DNA from: Thermoplasmata archaeon
GTDB lineage: Archaea > Thermoplasmatota > Thermoplasmata > Halarchaeoplasmatales > Halarchaeoplasmataceae
Direction of reading: 5' to 3'
Assembly: GCA_046538435.1 (NCBI GenBank)
Contig: JBKHIX010000001.1
Location: 184 to 64,183, forward strand
Length of the DNA stretch: 64,000 nucleotides
The translations under genes were made by a program, and so were the position numbers. The notes under the pieces are model-generated. The model was given only the letters and a program-made list of their open reading frames with translations. It did not search any database and was not told where the DNA came from. Below are positions 19,560-28,206 of this stretch, in pieces (the first letter of the stretch is position 1; every line of letters starts with the position of its first letter).

Positions 19560-20950
19560 AGCACTATGCCTTCATGCATACGTGATGAATGCCACTTTCA
19601 CTCCACCCCTCACTGGTTATTTAAATAATATACAAACAATATCAAAAATGGATGTACAAAACATTACGGCAGAACATGCACAACCTAGATAAACAGGAAT
19701 ATGAAATACTGACAAGCCTGTGCCACTTATCTAAAAACGTATACAATGAAACACTATATGAGATACGACAACACTTTTTTGACACAGGTGAGAATCTAAA
19801 CTATCACGAACTCTGCAAGATCATCGGTAAGAAAAGTGAGAATTACAAAATGCTGATATCTCAAGCTGCACAACAGACGATGAAAAAAGTTTGCGAAGCC
19901 TTTAACTCCTTCTTTAAACTCAATAAGAAAAAGAAAAAGGGCGAATATGACGATGACGCTTATCCACCCGGATATCAGGATAAAGACGGTTTCTTCATAC
20001 TAGATTTTCACAACCAAGCTTTTCAGCTCAAAGATGATCACATCAGGATAGGTATAACAAAAAGCTTTAGAGAAAAATTTGACGTTAACAAAAAAGAGAT
20101 TCTAATACCATTCAAGCACGATAACATAACTGAAGAAAACATCAAACGCTTCCAGATCATACCCAAAGGTAAGGGTAATTACCTAGAGTACCGCATCGTG
20201 TATGAGACTGATAAAGAACCAATACAGAAGAATAAAAACAACTTCCTCTCGATAGACCTCGGCGTAGAAAATCTTGCTACCTACGTTGACCGCTCTGGAC
20301 GGTCGTTCATCATAGACGGCCGTAAACTCAAATCGATAAACAGATGGTATAACAAAAAGATAGCAAGATTGAAATCGATAAAAGATAAACAGGGTATCGA
20401 AGAGGATACAAAAAAAATCTCAAAATTGTTCCAAGACAGAAGTAACAAAATACACGATTACATGAACAAAACCGTTCATAAAATAATCGAGCACTGTAAG
20501 AAACATAAAATAGGTGAAATTGTTGTTGGTCACTCAAAAGGCTGGAAACAAGAAGTCAACATCGGTAAGGTAAATAACCAAAATTTTGTACATATACCTT
20601 TCGACAAATTAAAAACCAAACTCAAACATAAGTGTGAATACCACGACATAGACTTCACGCTGGTACCAGAACATCATACGAGTAAATGTAGCTTCCTAGA
20701 CAACGAACCAGTAGAACATCACGAAGAGTACATCGGTACAAGAGTAAAACGAGGACTCTTCAAAACCAAAAACGGCACTTTGATAAATGCCGATGTCAAC
20801 GCGGCTTTGAATATAGCCAAAAAAGCAGGTAAGCTCGAAACCATATCGGGACTAGAGTGTAGTGGCACTGTGGCTGTGCCTGAAAGAATAAGAGTGAATT
20901 GACACTAAACTTCTTCCGAAGCTTCCCTCTTTCAAGGGGGAAGAGAAGTC
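19560..20950 (+). mobile_element. IS200/IS605-family element carrying only tnpB (IS1341-like), with structured ends
   Basis: TnpB ORF plus an imperfect subterminal hairpin upstream (~19566-19594). Immediately after the stop (20922-20943) comes the hairpin CTTCCC-N10-GGGAAG and the GAAGCTTC palindrome. No tnpA. Confidence 0.5.
19652..20902 (+). CDS. tnpB: TnpB (IS605 OrfB) RNA-guided-nuclease-family protein with a degenerate zinc finger
   Basis: RuvC-I ([14 protein letters not shown]), RuvC-II E in [14 protein letters not shown], Ruv[17 protein letters not shown]. The usual CxxC...CxxC is replaced by KCSF...KTKNG. Confidence 0.8.
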   Translation: MYKTLRQNMHNLDKQEYEILTSLCHLSKNVYNETLYEIRQHFFDTGENLNYHELCKIIGKKSENYKMLISQAAQQTMKKVCEAFNSFFKLNKKKKKGEYDDDAYPPGYQDKDGFFILDFHNQAFQLKDDHIRIGITKSFREKFDVNKKEILIPFKHDNITEENIKRFQIIPKGKGNYLEYRIVYETDKEPIQKNKNNFLSIDLGVENLATYVDRSGRSFIIDGRKLKSINRWYNKKIARLKSIKDKQGIEEDTKKISKLFQDRSNKIHDYMNKTVHKIIEHCKKHKIGEIVVGHSKGWKQEVNIGKVNNQNFVHIPFDKLKTKLKHKCEYHDIDFTLVPEHHTSKCSFLDNEPVEHHEEYIGTRVKRGLFKTKNGTLINADVNAALNIAKKAGKLETISGLECSGTVAVPERIRVN

Positions 20951-21452
20951 ACACTAATTTATATCCAATGTAATAGAAAACAGCTAAAGTGATCGCTCCT
21001 CTTATCGCACCCGCTATTATATTAGTTCCAAAAAACCATTTTCTATCCATTCCAATACCCTCTTCTTCTGGATTCAACAATGAGAACAGGTATAAAGATA
21101 CGGAATCTATCATCAATGGAGTACTCAAAACTAAAAGTAAACCATAATATCCATAATTTTTAACGAACCATTCTGAGTATTCTACTATCTTTTTGATAAA
21201 TGAATTTGATACAGAAATCTTCTTGATCTTTTCTCTAGCTTTTGTCCCTATCTCGAAAACTATCAATGACCCTGCACCTTTTCCAAAGGCTAAAATTGCG
21301 ATCAGCAAGGCAGGATGCATGTGAAAATTGAAAAGTCCTATTTCAACAGGGATGGGGAGTATGACAGCAGCTAACACTGTGTAAGTGAAAAATACTATCG
21401 AATATGACACAGGGTCGGTTGCCAAACTAGTTAGAAATCCAATTAAATCCAT
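20949..21452 (-). CDS. hypothetical membrane protein
   Basis: 167 aa, about 4 TM helices; its stop codon abuts or overlaps the IS right end. Confidence 0.4.
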   Translation of the reverse strand: MDLIGFLTSLATDPVSYSIVFFTYTVLAAVILPIPVEIGLFNFHMHPALLIAILAFGKGAGSLIVFEIGTKAREKIKKISVSNSFIKKIVEYSEWFVKNYGYYGLLLVLSTPLMIDSVSLYLFSLLNPEEEGIGMDRKWFFGTNIIAGAIRGAITLAVFYYIGYKLV

Positions 21453-21494
21453 CTTCCTGTTATTGAATTAATATCTTCATAATAGGTTTTTCCA

Positions 21495-21590
21495 TCAATA
21501 AGCACAAGAAGACTTACCACAATTTAGACATATACTACACCCTTCTCTACGTACCAACTCTGAGCCACAATCAGGACATTCATTATCCAT
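21495..21590 (-). CDS. tiny zinc-ribbon protein (31 aa; not in the ORF track)
   Basis: Manual translation: MDNECPDCGSELVRREGCSICLNCGKSSCAY, with CPDC and CLNC knuckles. Confidence 0.3.
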   Translation of the reverse strand: MDNECPDCGSELVRREGCSICLNCGKSSCAY

Positions 21591-21721
21591 TTTCGAATCA
21601 CCTTCTAAGGAAACAACAATCCTAATAGGAAGATATAAAACTAAATTACAGAGGGGTCAATGAAAGTGAGTTCCTAAATATAGGGCTAAATATTTTATAA
21701 ACTATATACCCATATTGCTCT

Positions 21722-23176
21722 GTGGCTGTCGAAAATTATACAGATATGGTCAAAAACACTAGTTGGCTCCTTTCCGCCAATATGGTCTCGAGGATTTTAA
21801 CTGCAGTTTTTATAATCTTGTTAGCGAATCATCTTTTACCTGCAGATTTTGGTGTTTATAATTTTGCATTTTCAACTGCCTTTATTGTATCAGTTATTCC
21901 TGAATTCGGATTCGATGCTCTCACAGTTAAAAAGGTCTCTAAAAAGCCTTCAAAAGCTCCAGAAATGATAGCTGATGTACTTTCATTACGAATAATCTTC
22001 AGCATTTTAACAGTCTCATTACTGTGGTTTTTTTCAACAATCATTATCTATCAATTTGGTATGGATATTCAATTCAATATCCTTCTTTTGGCATTTCTAA
22101 CGTTACTTTTCGAAAAAATTTCAGGAGGATTTTTTGCAGTATTTAGAGCAAAAGGAAAAATGAATTATCAAGCATACGTTATAATATCCTGGAAGATCAT
22201 CTATCTTTTTCTAGGTATATTAGGAATATTACTGGGTTTTGGTCTATTTAAGATATTATTACTCCTTTTAACAGCATCAATATTTCAATCAATCTTATCG
22301 ATTACTTTCTATTTCACCAATCTTGAGCACAGTATTTCTTTACCGAATATTCAAAGATGGAAAACGCTTATCTATTCAGCATATCCGTTTGCTGTTTTCT
22401 CTATTCTCAGCATGTTCTATGGTCATATCACTATAGTTCTGATAAGTATTTTGAAGGGTCCAAGTCCTACTGGACTTTTCAGTGCTGGTTGGAAATTGAT
22501 TATTTTTTTAGGAGTTATCCCACATTCTTTTGGAAGAGCACTGTTTCCATTTTTCACTAAATTATATTCATCTAAACCTGATTCAGTTAAAGAAGCTTGT
22601 GTTCGTTCAACTAGAAATCTTTTACAGACTGCTATACCTCTCACTGTAATTCTATACTTACTAACACCTGAAATCATAGATATTTTGTTTACTAGAAGTT
22701 ACTTACCCACAGTAAAAGTTTTCAGAATATTGATATGGATGATACCATTTCTTTTCGTTAATGGTAGTTTAAGGATGGTGCTTTGGTCAACAGATCGAAC
22801 CATAGAAACCTCTAAGAATCTGCTTTATTCATCTTTATCCCTTCTAATCTTTGGAGCCTTACTTATCTATGAATTCGGAATATTGGGTGCTGCTGCAGCT
22901 GTAGTTTCCGCTGAAATCATCTATTTTATTACAAACTATATAAAGATAAGACGAACCCTGGGCGCTATCTGGAATAAAGACTTCCTAACTATTTCTATAA
23001 TTACGATCATATCCATATATATGATGTATTTTGTTCAAAATAACAATTTATTTTCAAAATATGTATTCATAATACTATTCATCCCGATTTACATAACAAC
23101 TTTGTACAAATTAAAAGCATTAAAGAAAGAGGATATTTATGCTGTAAAATCATCGATACCATTTTTTGATCGTTGA
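21722..23176 (+). CDS. oligosaccharide/polysaccharide flippase (MOP/Wzx-like)
   Basis: 484 aa, about 12-14 TM; polysaccharide biosynthesis protein pattern; the start could be GTG 21722 or ATG 21746. Confidence 0.65.
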   Translation: MAVENYTDMVKNTSWLLSANMVSRILTAVFIILLANHLLPADFGVYNFAFSTAFIVSVIPEFGFDALTVKKVSKKPSKAPEMIADVLSLRIIFSILTVSLLWFFSTIIIYQFGMDIQFNILLLAFLTLLFEKISGGFFAVFRAKGKMNYQAYVIISWKIIYLFLGILGILLGFGLFKILLLLLTASIFQSILSITFYFTNLEHSISLPNIQRWKTLIYSAYPFAVFSILSMFYGHITIVLISILKGPSPTGLFSAGWKLIIFLGVIPHSFGRALFPFFTKLYSSKPDSVKEACVRSTRNLLQTAIPLTVILYLLTPEIIDILFTRSYLPTVKVFRILIWMIPFLFVNGSLRMVLWSTDRTIETSKNLLYSSLSLLIFGALLIYEFGILGAAAAVVSAEIIYFITNYIKIRRTLGAIWNKDFLTISIITIISIYMMYFVQNNNLFSKYVFIILFIPIYITTLYKLKALKKEDIYAVKSSIPFFDR

Positions 23177-24237
23177 ACAATATCAACTATCTGTTCTGCA
23201 GTAGTACCCTCACCATAAGGACCCTCGCTAGGTTTCCATCTATCCATATCAAAATTATTAATGATCGACAGTATCTCATCACTTTTGGTCCCTACAACTT
23301 CAGTGTGACCAGAATCAACTGCTTCAGGCCTTTCGGTAGACTCCCTAAGAACAAAAACCTTCTTATTTATATTAGGGGCTGTAGCTTCCTCCTGTATACC
23401 TCCTGAATCTGTCAATATGTACTTGGAATTTTTCATTAGCAGCAAAAATTCAAGATAACCTTGAGGCTTAACCAGTTTCATCCCTTCTATTCCATCCAAC
23501 TTATCGTACAAACCATATTTTTTAAACATCTTTACAGACCTGGGATGTATCGGATAGATAATATTTTCATCTATTTTTTTGAACAACTTGATAAACTCCT
23601 TTTGAACTTCTTTATCATCTACATTTTCTGCACGATGGGCAGTGACCAAAACATATTCATCAGGTATATTAAAATCAAAACTCGCTTTCTCTTCAGCAAT
23701 CTTCATATTTTGAAGGCAGGCGTCTATAACCGAATTCCCGGTTACAAATATCTCTCCCCATACACTCTCTCCTCTCAATATCTCTGCACTTTCTTCAGTA
23801 GGAGCAAAAAGTAAACTTGAAGCATGGTCTGCTAGTCTTCTATTATATTCCTCAGGCATCCTGTAATCATAGCTCCTCAGACCTGCCTCAATATGCCCAA
23901 CATCTATACCCATCTTCACTCCTGCCAATGAACCCGCTAAAACTGTATTCGTATCACCTTGGACTAGAACAGTATCCGTGTCAAAATCATCAAATGCTTT
24001 CTCTAACTTTATCAATGCATTACCCGTCTGTTCTCCTTGAGTTCCCGAGCCAACACCTAGGTATCTATCAGGTTCTGGTAGATTCAATTCCTGGAAAAAA
24101 ATATCAGAAACTTCGTGATCATAATGCTGTCCAGAATGTATAATTTTATAGTCTAAGCCTCTATGATCCAACTCTCTGATTATTGGACTCATCTTGATTA
24201 TCTCAGGCCTTGTCCCTACTACCACAGCAACACTCAT
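23137..24237 (-). CDS. wecB: UDP-N-acetylglucosamine 2-epimerase (non-hydrolysing, WecB family)
   Basis: MSVAVVVGTRPEIIKMSPI N-terminus and the Epimerase_2 pattern throughout. Confidence 0.85.
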   Translation of the reverse strand: MSVAVVVGTRPEIIKMSPIIRELDHRGLDYKIIHSGQHYDHEVSDIFFQELNLPEPDRYLGVGSGTQGEQTGNALIKLEKAFDDFDTDTVLVQGDTNTVLAGSLAGVKMGIDVGHIEAGLRSYDYRMPEEYNRRLADHASSLLFAPTEESAEILRGESVWGEIFVTGNSVIDACLQNMKIAEEKASFDFNIPDEYVLVTAHRAENVDDKEVQKEFIKLFKKIDENIIYPIHPRSVKMFKKYGLYDKLDGIEGMKLVKPQGYLEFLLLMKNSKYILTDSGGIQEEATAPNINKKVFVLRESTERPEAVDSGHTEVVGTKSDEILSIINNFDMDRWKPSEGPYGEGTTAEQIVDIVQRSKNGIDDFTA

Positions 24238-24371
24238 CGTGTATCTATTATCTACACAATAAAAAGCTTATTGGATTAATCATAGAGTTAAGGAACATAA
24301 TTATTAATAATGGTCATTGAATAAACCCCTATAATATCAAATTTCAGTTGACATTTAAAAAGGTGCCTTAT

Positions 24372-25676
24372 ATGAAAGACGTGGTCATTGTAAACGGGGT
24401 TAGAACTCCACAAGGTAAGTTTGGAGGCTCATTGAAAAACGTTAGTGCTTCAGATCTAGGAAAAACAGTGATCAAAGGATTATTTGATAAAATAAAAGCA
24501 AGACCTAAAGTTTCTGAAATTCAAAAGAAAATCAGACCCAATAAGTTTCGTTCCATAGATAAAACTGAGGTCGAAGAGAAATATTGGGAATGGGACGAGG
24601 ATTTACAGAAAATAAATATCGATGAAGTCATAATGGGCAATGTACTTCAGGGTGGACAGGGACAGAACCCAGCTAGACAGGCTAGTATCAAAGCAGGAAT
24701 CCCCTTTGAGATACCCGCTTATACCGTCAATAAAGTATGTGGTTCTGGGAGTAAGGCAATCACTCTTGCAGCAGATGCGATATTATCAGGAAATGCAGAA
24801 GCCATAATAGCTGGAGGGATGGAAAGCATGAGTAGTGCCCCATACGTCCTTCCAAAAGCAAGATGGGGATATAAAATGGACCTAGATGGGCAAGGAGAAA
24901 TAAACGATGTGATGGTTCTAGATGGTTTATATGAAATTTTTTACGATTACCATATGGGTTATACTGCAGAGAATCTAGCTGAGCTCTATGACATATCCCG
25001 TGAAGAACAGGATAGATTGGGTATGGAAAGTCAAAATAGAGCTATGAAGGCTGTAAAGAACGGAACCTTCGAAGACGAAATAGTACCTGTAGAAACATCT
25101 AAAGGTATTTTTAAAAAGGATGAAACTCCGCGAGATACAAATATGGACTTGATGTCTAAACTTCCACCTGTTTTCAAAGAAGGTGGTACTGTAACTGCCG
25201 GTAACTCTTCCGGAATTTCAGATGGTGCTGCTGCTGTTTTGGTCACCTCTCGGGAATTTGCGGAGGAAAATGATCTGAATATAATGGCTACTTTGAAAGG
25301 ATATGCAAGTGCTGGGGTGGATCCAAAATATATGGGATTAGGTCCCGTACCAGCAACCAGAAAAGTCCTAAATGAATCAGGTTATTCAAAAAAAGATTTA
25401 AACTTAATAGAGGAGAACGAAGCTTTCGCCTCTCAAATCTTGGCATGTATGGAAGAGATGAGGACTCCAAAATATGGGATTGATATGAACGAAGTAGGGA
25501 GTGAAAATGTAAATCCTCACGGCTCAGGAATCTCATTAGGACATCCTATAGGATGTACAGGTGCTAGAATAGTAGTTACACTGCTACATGAGCTAGAAAG
25601 GAGAGATGACAATACAGGACTAGCAAGTTTATGCGTAGGCGGAGGCATGGGTATGTCCTTATTATTCGATAGATAA
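24372..25676 (+). CDS. acetyl-CoA C-acetyltransferase (thiolase)
   Basis: VCGSG active-site Cys; C-terminal GHPIGCTGARIV and CVGGGMG motifs. Confidence 0.9.
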   Translation: MKDVVIVNGVRTPQGKFGGSLKNVSASDLGKTVIKGLFDKIKARPKVSEIQKKIRPNKFRSIDKTEVEEKYWEWDEDLQKINIDEVIMGNVLQGGQGQNPARQASIKAGIPFEIPAYTVNKVCGSGSKAITLAADAILSGNAEAIIAGGMESMSSAPYVLPKARWGYKMDLDGQGEINDVMVLDGLYEIFYDYHMGYTAENLAELYDISREEQDRLGMESQNRAMKAVKNGTFEDEIVPVETSKGIFKKDETPRDTNMDLMSKLPPVFKEGGTVTAGNSSGISDGAAAVLVTSREFAEENDLNIMATLKGYASAGVDPKYMGLGPVPATRKVLNESGYSKKDLNLIEENEAFASQILACMEEMRTPKYGIDMNEVGSENVNPHGSGISLGHPIGCTGARIVVTLLHELERRDDNTGLASLCVGGGMGMSLLFDR

Positions 25677-25753
25677 TCGAAAATAAACTTATATGTGAAA
25701 TTAATTTGATTCAAATAGAAACTGTATATAATTTGAAAAAGGAGTGATCAAAT

Positions 25754-26602
25754 ATGGATATTAAAAAAGTAGGAGTATTAGGTGCAGGTACGATGGGACA
25801 CGGTATAGCACAAGTGTTCGCTCAGAACGGTTATGAGGTCATAATGAGGGATATTGAACAGAAATTTTTAGATGACGGTATCGAGTCGATAGAAAAATCC
25901 CTATCAAAAAGTGTAGAAAAAGAGAAGATGAGTGAAGAGGAAAAGGGAAATACCCTCAACAATATCGATACAACGTTGGAACTAGATGATCTAAAAGACT
26001 GTGAACTGATAGTTGAAGCTATAATCGAAGATACTGATATTAAAAAAGACAATTTTGAAAAACTGGATAAAATGTGTAATGATGAGACGATATTTGCCTC
26101 CAATACATCAACTATCCCAATCACAGAACTGTCGTCTGTAACTGATAGGGATGAAAAATTCATAGGAATGCATTTTTTCAATCCAGTTCCATTGATGAAG
26201 TTAGTAGAAGTCACCAAAGGATTGAAGACGAGTGATTCAACTACAGATACTATAGCCGAGTTAGCAGAAAATATAGGCAAGGAACCTGTTGAAATAGAGG
26301 ATTCACCAGGATTTGCAGCTAATAGGATATTAATACCGATGATTAACGAGGCGATATTTGCGCTTCATGAAGGTGTAGCTGAAAAAGAAGCAATAGACAA
26401 AGTGATGAAATTGGGTGCAAACCATCCTATGGGTCCGTTAGAACTAGCTGATCTGATAGGTCTCGACACTGTACTTCATATCATGAATGTCCTACATGAT
26501 GAGTTTGGAGATTCAAAGTACAGGCCTTGTCCTTTGCTCAAAAAGATGGTCAGAGCAGGTAATTTAGGGAAAAAGACCGGCAAAGGTTTTTATGAATACT
26601 GA
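25754..26602 (+). CDS. 3-hydroxyacyl-CoA (3-hydroxybutyryl-CoA) dehydrogenase
   Basis: [17 protein letters not shown] motif; the 3HCDH N and C domains. Confidence 0.9.
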   Translation: MDIKKVGVLGAGTMGHGIAQVFAQNGYEVIMRDIEQKFLDDGIESIEKSLSKSVEKEKMSEEEKGNTLNNIDTTLELDDLKDCELIVEAIIEDTDIKKDNFEKLDKMCNDETIFASNTSTIPITELSSVTDRDEKFIGMHFFNPVPLMKLVEVTKGLKTSDSTTDTIAELAENIGKEPVEIEDSPGFAANRILIPMINEAIFALHEGVAEKEAIDKVMKLGANHPMGPLELADLIGLDTVLHIMNVLHDEFGDSKYRPCPLLKKMVRAGNLGKKTGKGFYEY

Positions 26603-27374
26603 AGGTGTGCATATGATAGATGTTGAAGAGAGAGATAACTTTGATATATTAATACTAAATAATCCTCCAGTGAACGCAATTTGCACTGAACTTTTGGAAG
26701 AATTGGATGACACACTAGATTCTCTTGAAAAGAAAGAATCAAGAGCGCTCATCATCACAGGTGAAGGAAAATCATTCGTCGCTGGTGCGGACATATCTGA
26801 GATGAAAGATATGACTCCTTTAGAGGCAGAAAACTTCTCAAATAAAGGCCATAGAATATTTTCTAAATTAGAAAACTTCCCTAAACCTGTCATAGCTGCA
26901 GTTAACGGATTTGCTTTAGGTGGTGGTCTTGAGATAGCACTAAGTTGCGACATCATAGTAGCCTCTGAGGAAGCACAATTCGGGCAGCCCGAAGTGGGAT
27001 TGGGAATTATACCTGGATTTGGAGGAACACAGCGATTGACAAGAACTGTAGGTCCAAAAAAAGCAAAAGAACTGATCTTTACCGCTGATAGAATAAATGC
27101 TAAGAAAGCTTATGAAATCGGACTAGTAAACAGAGTAGTACAGCCAGATGAACTCATGGATGAATGTAAAGACATTGCTAGTTCTATAAGCAAGAACGCT
27201 CCTCTTGCAGTACAACACGCGAAAAAAGCGATCAATGAGGGGAGTGATATCCAGATCGATGAAGCTATGAAAATTGAAGCTAAAGAGTTCAAAGAATGCT
27301 TCAAAACAGAAGATCATAAAGAGGGACTAAAAGCATTTATAGAAAAAAACGAACCAAAATTTAAAGGTAAATAA
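26592..27374 (+). CDS. enoyl-CoA hydratase (crotonase family)
   Basis: [19 protein letters not shown] oxyanion-hole motif; catalytic E in GQPEVGLG. Confidence 0.9.
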   Translation: MNTEGVHMIDVEERDNFDILILNNPPVNAICTELLEELDDTLDSLEKKESRALIITGEGKSFVAGADISEMKDMTPLEAENFSNKGHRIFSKLENFPKPVIAAVNGFALGGGLEIALSCDIIVASEEAQFGQPEVGLGIIPGFGGTQRLTRTVGPKKAKELIFTADRINAKKAYEIGLVNRVVQPDELMDECKDIASSISKNAPLAVQHAKKAINEGSDIQIDEAMKIEAKEFKECFKTEDHKEGLKAFIEKNEPKFKGK

Positions 27375-27380
27375 GTTTAC

Positions 27381-27416
27381 CCGGCTAAAGCCGGAAAATA
27401 TTTTTTTATTTTTTCC
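27381..27416. terminator. GC hairpin CCGGC-TAAA-GCCGG followed by a T-run between convergent genes
   Basis: Read directly; 7 nt after the crotonase stop; the oligo-T also suits archaeal termination. Confidence 0.4.
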
Positions 27417-28206
27417 ACGGTTTTCTTCTGCGGCTCTTTCCTTTACTGTAGAAATAATATAGTAAGAAACCTGATACTGAAGCGATTATTATTACCGCTG
27501 CTATCCATCCAAGATTGCTGTCCCCTTCAACATAAAATGTCTTTTGTAGTAATCGTTCGTCTTTACTGAATCCTTCTTTATCATCAAGATTGTAATCCAC
27601 CCATATCTCTAGTTCATGTTCTCCTGAAGAATAGCCTTTTTTAGACCATTTCATAGTTAATGTTTTCCTTTCATCAGCCTCTAACGCATCTATTTTTGTT
27701 ATATTTTTTAGATCTCCATCAACGAACAAACCAACTTCAATATTGCTGATCTCAGTGTCAGTTGGATTCTGCACACTCACCGTTGTAGTTACTGGTTTTA
27801 TAGCATTTATTTCATAGTCATCTTCATTATATCTTGTTTCTCCGTCCTTTGCACAGTATGCTTTGAATGTTATCTTAGCATCACCTTCCTCTCGGACAGT
27901 AACTTTTACAGTAAAAACATTCGATTCTTCTGATTCCTGAGTCCTCTCATCTATCTTTACATCGATATTAGCATCAGTTTTGAGTGTCCAATTATCTGCC
28001 TCACTTCCAAATGATCCGCCTATCCTAACTCTGTAAGTGGCACTTTCATTAACAAAAACATCTTTCGGGCCTTTTTCTACAAAAATTCTAACCCCTGATT
28101 GAGATAAATCTTGAGCCTCAGTACTATAAATAGAAAGTGGTATCGTGAGCATCAATATAACCACGATAAAAATTGAGAGGTACCTAGTGGTCTTCATCGT
28201 ATCCAC
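27406..28206 (-). CDS. CARDB-domain surface protein with an N-terminal signal/TM and a C-terminal TM plus polybasic tail
   Basis: N-terminal hydrophobic segment, a CARDB-like region (SNIEVGLFVDGD...TLTMKWS...ELEIWVD), C-terminal IIIASVSGFLLYYFY + KGKSRRRKPWKK, three N-x-S/T sequons; overlaps the AglB stop by 13 nt. Confidence 0.5.
   Translation of the reverse strand: MDTMKTTRYLSIFIVVILMLTIPLSIYSTEAQDLSQSGVRIFVEKGPKDVFVNESATYRVRIGGSFGSEADNWTLKTDANIDVKIDERTQESEESNVFTVKVTVREEGDAKITFKAYCAKDGETRYNEDDYEINAIKPVTTTVSVQNPTDTEISNIEVGLFVDGDLKNITKIDALEADERKTLTMKWSKKGYSSGEHELEIWVDYNLDDKEGFSKDERLLQKTFYVEGDSNLGWIAAVIIIASVSGFLLYYFYSKGKSRRRKPWKK

Noticed and set aside
20903-20950. Interpreting the post-TnpB hairpins simply as a Rho-independent terminator
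   Set aside because: It is possible, but there is no T-run after the stems, and the position matches an IS200/605 right end or omega-RNA scaffold. It is kept as a mobile-element feature at moderate confidence.
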